From positions 2,116,778 to 2,180,777 of the forward strand of contig CAJINV010000010.1 of assembly GCA_905178155.1 (NCBI GenBank): DNA of 64,000 nt, in the 5' to 3' direction. Shown one piece after another: positions 52,501-64,000 of the stretch (the stretch's first letter is position 1; every line of letters begins with the position of its first letter). The DNA is from Amoebophrya sp. A120 (Eukaryota > Protista > Dinoflagellata). Both the position numbers and the translations under genes were made by a program. The notes under the pieces were generated by a model that made no database searches, was not told the DNA's origin, and saw nothing but the letters and a program-made list of their open reading frames with translations.

Positions 52501-54438
52501 CAATTAAAGGAAGTTTTGGCGAGGCGAGGATGCTGATCCCGATGATCAAAAGCAGGTTGAAAATTTCCGATCCCACAATCGTGCCGACACCCACATCTGA
52601 GTGCGTCACAAACAGCGCAATCGCGTTGGTGAACAGCTCCGGCCCGTTGCAGCCCAGCGCCATCAAGGTCGCGCCCGCCACGTCTTCCGGAATGCCGTAC
52701 TTCTCGCACACCACCTCGATCGCGGGCACAAACCACTCGTCGCACACGGTGGCCTGGGCAAAGAACATGTAGGCGATGAGCACCCACCAGAACCAGCGAG
52801 CGAAGTAGAGAAAAGAGCCGAATTCCGGGGGCGGGTGCAACTCGGAGGGGTCGATGGGGGAGGAGGGCTTGGTTGTAGAAGATTTTTGCGCTGTTTCAAG
52901 TTGTCGCACTGCATCGTCACCTACTGTGTCTTGATCCTGTTCATCCGTTTTATGGGCCACCACAAGCTTCTGGTCGTGGTTCTTCATTTGTGACTCATCG
53001 TCATGATCTCTATTGCCCTGCAGGATGCGGTTGCTCTTAATATCTTGTACCGATGTTGCGCTCCTTGCTGCTGGTTTTGTTTCTGCCGGTGCTACGATTC
53101 GCGTGTGTTTTCCTTCCTCTTCCGAAGATGCGACCTCTTGTCGTGGGAACACGGCTTGGTGACTGTCTTGATGCTCGGATGTACCTGCAGATGCAGTAGT
53201 AGCTCCCGGTAGTACTGCTGGTGCTGTACTTGAAGACACTTGCAACAGAGACGACGCAGGTGTAGCATCATCTTCCACTGTAGGTGTTTCTTGGTAGTGA
53301 TTTGGACCAACTTTTTATCGGCCAAGAAAATCGAAAAAAAATCCGGTGGCGCGGCGAAACTGTAGAGGCCAGAGCCAACCAACGTAACAAGGGGGGCGAT
53401 TCCCGATTCCCGAATTTTGCATTGCTCAAAATCGATTTTGCATTCCCGCAGACGCGGATTGCACAAAATCGATTTTGCATTGCACGAAACCGAATCCCGC
53501 AAAATCGATTTTGCATTGCACAAAATCGATTTTGTATTGCACAGCATCGATTTAGATTTTGCGTTGCACAAAACCGAATCCCGATTTTGCAGTGCACAAA
53601 ATCGATTTTGCATTGCACAAAACCGAAAGCAGCAAAATCGATCTTGCATTGCACAGAAACGATTTTGCATTGCACAAGATCGATTTTGCATTGCACAAAA
53701 CCGAATCCCGATTTTGCATTGCACAAAATGGATTCTGCATTCCCGCAGACGCGGATTGCACAAAATCGATTTTGCATTGCACAAAGCCGGCTTTTGTGTT
53801 GGTAGAATCGATTTTGCGACCACGCGCGGATTGTGTGGCCCCGCCCGAGGATAGGGCATCTTCGAAAAGCGTGCCCGAAGGGTGCGCACAAAATCGAATC
53901 TGTCCGCGGGTACTCACAAAATCGATTTTGTGAGCACCGCCCGCCGGGCGGAACATGACAACCCGGCGCCCCCAACCCGACTGCGGGAATCTTTCTGGCA
54001 GCCCGGGCGCTCCAGGGTGGGGCCTAACGCCTCAGGACACCGGCAAAAACTGCCGTGAGACCGAGTTGACGCGTTCTCGAGCTTCGAGAACGCGGGCAAC
54101 CGACTTCGTTTCGCGCTACTTTGCTTCGCTTGTGGACGTTAGCAGCCGCGGCACAAAGTCGATTTTTTGCGGCGTGCCTGGATTTTTTGCGGATTTTTTT
54201 CCGATTTTCTTAACATTTTTGAATCTGCATCTTCATCTTCCACTGTAGGTGTTACTTGTTCTGCGGCAGGTGCGGCAATAGCCTCTGCTGTACTCCTTCT
54301 CGATGTTCCAACAGACGGCGGCACCACAGCGGCGGCGGCAACCCCCGGGTATAGGAAAAATTTGCCATGCTGCTGCGCCTCCAAAAGGAGAGTCGACAGC
54401 ACGCCGACAATTCTCCGGGGTAGCCTGTTGACTCCCAT
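49584..54438 (-). CDS. K-dependent Na/Ca exchanger (NCKX/SLC24-like)
   Basis: VCDEWFVPAIEV...DVAGATLMALGCNGPELF...GTIVGSEIFN and GVTLCAAGTSFPN...MAVANALGSNVQNVF alpha repeats. Confidence 0.9.
49818..49967. mobile_element. Introner F2
   Basis: TSD AGGAA/AGGAA. Confidence 0.9.
50016..50326. mobile_element. Introner F6
   Basis: TSD CCATA/CCATA; removal gives SSMAVANALGSN. Confidence 0.85.
52149..52401. mobile_element. Introner F1
   Basis: TSD ACTCG/ACTCG. Confidence 0.9.
53289..54232. mobile_element. ~945-bp insertion with 21-bp flanking direct repeat and subterminal inverted repeat
   Basis: TCATCTTCCACTGTAGGTGTT at 53268-53288 and 54233-54253; 21/22 IR at 53324-53345 and 54190-54211. Confidence 0.75.
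53411..53930. repeat. Degenerate tandem array of ~21-bp palindromic units
   Basis: GCACAAAATCGATTTTGCATT repeated many times with AACCGAATCCCG and CCCGCAGACGCGG variants. Confidence 0.9.
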
Positions 54439-55507
54439 TTTTGTATAGTCCTGTCGTTATTTTTTGCTACAGAAATATATATTAAACCAATATTTCTTTC
54501 AGCAGTAAACAAAATATCACACTTTAGCGGGCGCCGGCTTGTAGTCCTACTAGACTTTGTCGAAGTCTACACGAGATCTCTACTTGAAGAAGCAAATCCA
54601 AACGGTTATGCTTATGATCGTCTAACTTCAATAACTTCAGATCGTACTAGGAACAATTTTCTCGCCGGGTGAAACTGCTGTGCTAGTGCTATTCAGTGCA
54701 GCGAAATAAGGGTTGTATCGGATATAAAAGACAAGTAGCATTTCGAATTCGGTTTCGAAAGAAGATCTACTAGATCTCCAGATCATGTGCATGATCGGAA
54801 ATGAATGCTAAAACAAGTTGGACGGGTGCGGCACATCGATATAATTAGCAGGCCGCCCTTTTTTATCTCTACTAGAAGACGCTTAGAACAGCTGCGTGAG
54901 CGTGAGTCCTCTTATTGTATTCTGGACGTCAGCAAGAGTAGATTTCTGATCGCTTGTGAACAAGTGACAAACTGAATAAGTAAGTGGATCAACTTCATCA
55001 CTGCAAGAGCAAGATGAGGACACCAGCTTAGATCACCAGGGCGGCTGCTGCACGTGCAGCGATTGACATCCCGACATGTTTCAAGATCATTCACAAGAAC
55101 ATTTTTTTGACATTGAGGCGTTGCGCTTCGCTTCGCTTCTATAGGGGTGTCTATCTCCTGCCCCGCGACGCAGACTCGCAACTGAAGTCACGCACTCGCA
55201 ACTCCAGCAACGGCGGGAAAATGGTAGAGCATGTTTGTTTGTTCAAAATTTCTTCGTTTTTCAGCAGACAACAGAACCCGAGGAAGACCTGGCCCTGGGA
55301 GACCTTACCTAAACCTCTTCAGATTTTTTGACTTCATCACTTCCTTGCGCCTACCAATAAACACATCTTCCGGATCATGAGTGTCTCTTTCCAACCGCCT
55401 TCTTCTTGTTCTCCGTTCGTACAAGACTGAGTTGCGGCTTTGACCTCCACCTCCTTTGCGTCATCGCGTGACAAGGACAACATCAAGCGCTATACTTTCA
55501 TCTCCTT

Positions 55508-58141
55508 CTACGCCGAATGCGAAAGGAAGGGCACCCGCTTGACAGATTCGGGTCCGTCCAGCTTGTAGCGCACCAAGACCGGGTGGATAAGCTCTGCCAT
55601 CGCAGCAGCTGTCTGGTGCTCGTCAGTGGCCTGCTGGTATCAAATGCAAATATGTCTGGGTCTGGAAACTTGTGATGCAAGGAAGGGAATAGTGAGCTCC
55701 CTGGAATGCGCTCCACAGCATGACAAGTTTTTTTCATGGTTCTGAGTTGCGTATTCCGCATGAGAAGCTGCGTTTTTGCATGACTGGGAGAAGGAGCTCT
55801 TTGCGGCCACGCAATACAGAGTTCAGAGTCATGCCAGATTAGCATGACAAATCTCGCACTTATCTCGCAGACCCAGACATTTTTGCATTTGATAGCTGGG
55901 GGAGCTTGCGCAGCTCCTCCATGCCGTGCGAGTCCGAGTCGAAAAAGTGCACAGAGCACGACGCATCGCACTGACTCCTCAAGTAACGGGGCACCACGTA
56001 GAAGGCCCATTTGTCCTCTGGCAGCGATGGTTCGATGTCGTGATGCCAAAGCAAAGTGCTGGGGAAGGCAGCTTTTTCATCCCTTGGTTTACTAACGAAC
56101 CAGTCGACCAATTCAAGCGGGTCCGCTGCTGGAGTCGAGCTGCGCGTCATCTCTCGTAAAAGCGCGGTTGGTCCGGGTCCCGCTTCGGAGTCATACCTGG
56201 TTATGTAGGGATCGAGGTTTTCATCTTGCGCGTCGTCGGAGGGCAATGTACTAGCTCCGTCGGTGGGGTCGAAGTCGCGCAAGTCTACATTCGCATCGAG
56301 TGGCGGGGACAGCAGCTCATCATCGTCGGCATCGGAGTGATCTGATGTCGCCGCTTGGATGCGTTCCATCCAAGGAAGAAGGTCAAGGTAGTCCAGGTGG
56401 TACGCCGCGTTGCGCCAGAATAACCGCAGCTTCGGACTTTTCTGCACACCCCGCCGCAGATCCCACAACGAGTTCCAGGGGACATAGTAGCGGTAGCCGC
56501 GGTAACGGGCAGATTCCCTAGTGACGTTCAGAAACGAAAACAATTCTTCGAACCAGGTCAAGTATTCTGTAAAGTTCTTCCCCGTTATGTTGTAGTTCTC
56601 GGTCGCGTTTTGAAGAAGAAACTCGTTAGAAGTTGCGCCGTCTCTGACAGAGACAGAAGAGGACGAAAAGGGTGGCTCCTTCGCCGGTGACGAGTTTATT
56701 TCATTTTGCTTCGCCGAAAAATCTTCTGTCAAAGGTTTGTTCTGTGTGACGTTCAGCAAGACACACTGACACGCCAGAAGGTCGCCATCCTTTATCCGGA
56801 CCCGCAACTCGTTTCCCCGCCACCCCATGACTTTCAAGGGCCGCCACAGCTTCAAGTAATTAGTTTCATGCTCACCGTAGAACAGGTATCTTTATCAAAT
56901 GCAAAAATGTCATCTGCTGGGTCCGGAAGATTCTGAGACTTGTCATGCACGGTTTGCATGAGCCATGATCGATCTGTGACGCATGCCCTAGCATCACAGG
57001 TTTTTTGAGGGATTCTTGATGCCTATTCCGCATGACAAATGCCCTCTCCGCGTAGCAAAAATTAGATTCCTCTTGCTGCTCATGCAACACAAATTTTTTA
57101 GATATCCAAATGCAGCATCACAAGTTGCATTCTTCCACACCCAGACGTTTTTGCAATCCATAATCTTGCCGTTCTGCGCACGCTATCCGTCGTTTTCCGC
57201 ACGCTATCTGTCGTGTCACGCAAGGTGTCTGGCAAATTCACCATCCAGCTCGGCAGCAGGGACAAAACACCAGATGAAGAGATTTCTTCTTCCTGTTTTT
57301 CGCTCTTTGCTCCCAAATCAGCAGACGGAGGCTCCGTCCTCGTCGAACCAGACGTCGAGCCAGATGATGCAGAAACAGCCATGTCCGCGCTTTTCGCCGG
57401 CGCCTTCGCCCTACTACTAACCCTGCGCTGACTACGACGCCCGCGAAGATTTGTTTGCGTCGCCGGCTTTTTATTTTTACCTGTAGAGATTTCTGCTTTC
57501 ACTTGTAGTCCGCCTTGAGGATGGAGGACATCTTCATCTGCTGGGCGCAAGAGCTCATCAAATAAACCTCCTTGCTCGTCCTGCTCATCTCCCGCCGGCG
57601 CCGCGCCAGCCGGTTTCACTTCCATTGTCGTTAGGATGAAACTCGATCCAGAAGATGTTGATCCGAGTTGTCTACTTCTTGAATGATCCTTAGCATCCAC
57701 CGTCGGAGCATGATGACCACCCGCGAAGTTCTTGATTTCCGTACCATCCAGTTCTTGAACTTGTTGATCTTGGTTCGGTGCAAGGACCACGAGAGCCTCC
57801 TCTTTGATGTCAACATCGCGGTCCTCCTCACGACTGGTACTAGATCCTCGTGTAGTTGTAACAGCAGTCTCGTCGTGGCGTACGAAGGCGTGGTGTACCG
57901 GAGTTTTTTTCAAGAACAAGAACAGAAGGTGCACAATCCAAGTTGTTCGTGTTGGCCAACGCAAGAAGTGGAAGAGGACACGACCAAGAGCACAAACAAG
58001 GCATAATCCTGCTCCGGTGTTCCGTCCGGTTGTACTCGTCCCATTTGTTCCTTGTTTCCGCAGACCACGCGAAAGAGATGCTGAGGACCTCCCGCGCAGC
58101 TCCACCGGAGCGAGCGACAACGCTACGGGCAAATGAGACAT
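55508..58141 (-). CDS. Hypothetical protein, 3 exons
   Basis: ORFs 57098-58141 and 55860-56855 join in frame (RRTARYLFYGEHETNYLKLW) after removing two F1 introners. Confidence 0.6.
55638..55894. mobile_element. Introner F1
   Basis: TSD GCTGG/GCTGG. Confidence 0.9.
56893..57162. mobile_element. Introner F1
   Basis: TSD ATCTT/ATCTT. Confidence 0.9.
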
Positions 58142-59517
58142 GATCTTTTCGCTAGGTTGAAGCTTCTGGTGATTTCTGGTGGCACCTTAGTCGTAGCCGT
58201 GCCGCCATTTAACCCCTGGCGGGTCGGCGTTAGAACAGATTTAGTCCCTGCCAATACAACCTGGGCGCTAGAACAGATTTAGTTCGAGAGTTATGCCAGC
58301 TGGATAGGCACAGGATCTAGATCTCCTTCGTCGACAATTATGCGCTGTCAGATCGGATGAAGAGCACCAACATCCACGGCTGAGACGCAGCTGCCCCTTC
58401 AACAAGGCACTCATGCGGCCATCTACTTCTATCATGGAACAAAAGCCGCTCCGCTCGGAGCCAAGAACCTTCCAATGTTGAAGGCCGTTTCTCCTTTTCG
58501 CTTCTGAGTTTTTTCATGGAAATAATCTTCGCATGGGTTGGTTCTTCTTTTTGAGTGCTTGTTATAACAGTTTGTTGATTTTGGGAATGTGTTATCTTTA
58601 ACTTTATGGAAAAGGTAGATTTATTAAAAAGAGCCAGCTTTCTTCATGCTAAGAAACCATAACAAGAGAAGGCCGGCGCTTTAAAAAAGTCGTTTTTCAG
58701 GGTCAATTATAGACGCGGGGCTGCGTGCAAGCGCGTTTGAGCGTGGACGATGGGCGTCCTGGGAGTGTGAATTGCCGTGAATGGCGAGTTGGCTCACGAC
58801 AACTTTATCAAACTGGAAAAAATATTCTTCGAAATTAAACGTGGTAACATTTTGATGCTAGTAAAACCTGCTCGTCGTTTAGAACTTGGTAAAATGAGAA
58901 CTTCAAACCACATAATCATTTTCTTGAGTCTTTTTGAAACGCAGAGAACTTGTAACTTGATGGTAAAGATGGAACAAGTCAAAACATTTTTGCCAAAAAG
59001 GGTATCTATGTACAAAAACATTGAAACAATATTTCAGCTTTGTAATTTTTTGACAGAAATAGAAGAGATGAACAAACTCTGTTCTCGGCTCAGACCTTGT
59101 TACACCTCCCGTACAACCGTCCAGGACTGCTGGTGCAGCTTCTCCTTTGGAAGCTACTCCGCCCCTTTCGTCACCCCCGTCGTAGCATAATGTGACCAAC
59201 AATCGATCTAGATGGAATGCGTATTACACTGAGTGAAATTTTTACCTAGGATGAGCAAGGTATTAGAGGGAGGAACCGCTAGGCGATTCGAAGAAAAATC
59301 GCTGCTGTTTCCGTCGCCTCGTCAGTTCTCCTGCTCTAACTATTTTCGCTTGCTGAGTAAAAAAGTGTCTAAATCTTCTTAAAAAGTCTTCGAAGAATAT
59401 GGCGAAATGCTCAAGGTTTGTACTAGTGCATTTCAATTCATCTTCTGTCGCGGTGTTACAATAGAAAAACAAGTCGAAACAAAAAATCTATCACCAATTC
59501 TTAGCCTTGTACGCCGC

Positions 59518-63818
<4,301 letters not shown>

Positions 63819-64000
63819 TATCCTGTGTAAAAACGTCCCCACCCCAGAGTTGTCATGCAAATCTGCATGCTGAAAATGTTTCTCATGCTGAGCACAATGA
63901 AAAGCATTCTTCAGTCGCGTTTTGGAATTTGTCATGCTCCAATCCGCATGATATGCTAGATCTGTGACGCTGCTGAGCTAGCTCAAACAAAATTACACTA
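63819..64000. mobile_element. Introner F3, truncated by window end
   Basis: TATCCTGTGTAAAAACGTCCCC terminus within CDC48 N-domain. Confidence 0.8.

Noticed and set aside
53411-53930. CRISPR-like palindromic array
   Set aside because: No unique spacers (inter-unit sequences recur), no cas genes, eukaryotic context
58226-58283. 20-bp duplication GGCGYTAGAACAGATTTAGT
   Set aside because: Two copies only; no support for a function

Overview
Eukaryotic (alveolate-like) genomic DNA. The all-minus-strand gene arrangement and inverted-repeat non-canonical introns resemble what is described for the syndinian dinoflagellate Amoebophrya; this assignment is an inference. Positions 1-~9.7 kb hold a frameshifted Ty1/copia LTR retrotransposon whose pol carries an unexpected APE1/ExoIII-like domain between protease and integrase. 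The rest is a co-oriented (-) run of split host genes: Rab escort protein, Rab11, a thioredoxin-domain protein, an SDR, a CDF transporter, eL42, a multi-KH/RRM/Tudor protein, an FHA protein, a uS10m-like ORF, an NCKX exchanger, a hypothetical protein and CDC48. The dominant signal is about 49 short elements, mostly 145-311 bp, in at least 9 terminal-repeat families. Nearly all have TAT...ATA ends and a 5-bp target duplication, and all assignable copies sit inside coding exons. In the junctions I translated, removing the element plus one duplication restores the reading frame and conserved motifs although GT-AG is absent, so they behave as introner-type non-canonical introns. The families share an iterated internal TGT(C/G/A)ATGC / GCAT(G/C/T)ACA motif, occur in both orientations, host nested insertions (including the retrotransposon), and appear to grade into ordinary GT-AG introns. 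Coordinates were counted by hand and may be off by a few bases; no database or RNA evidence was available.
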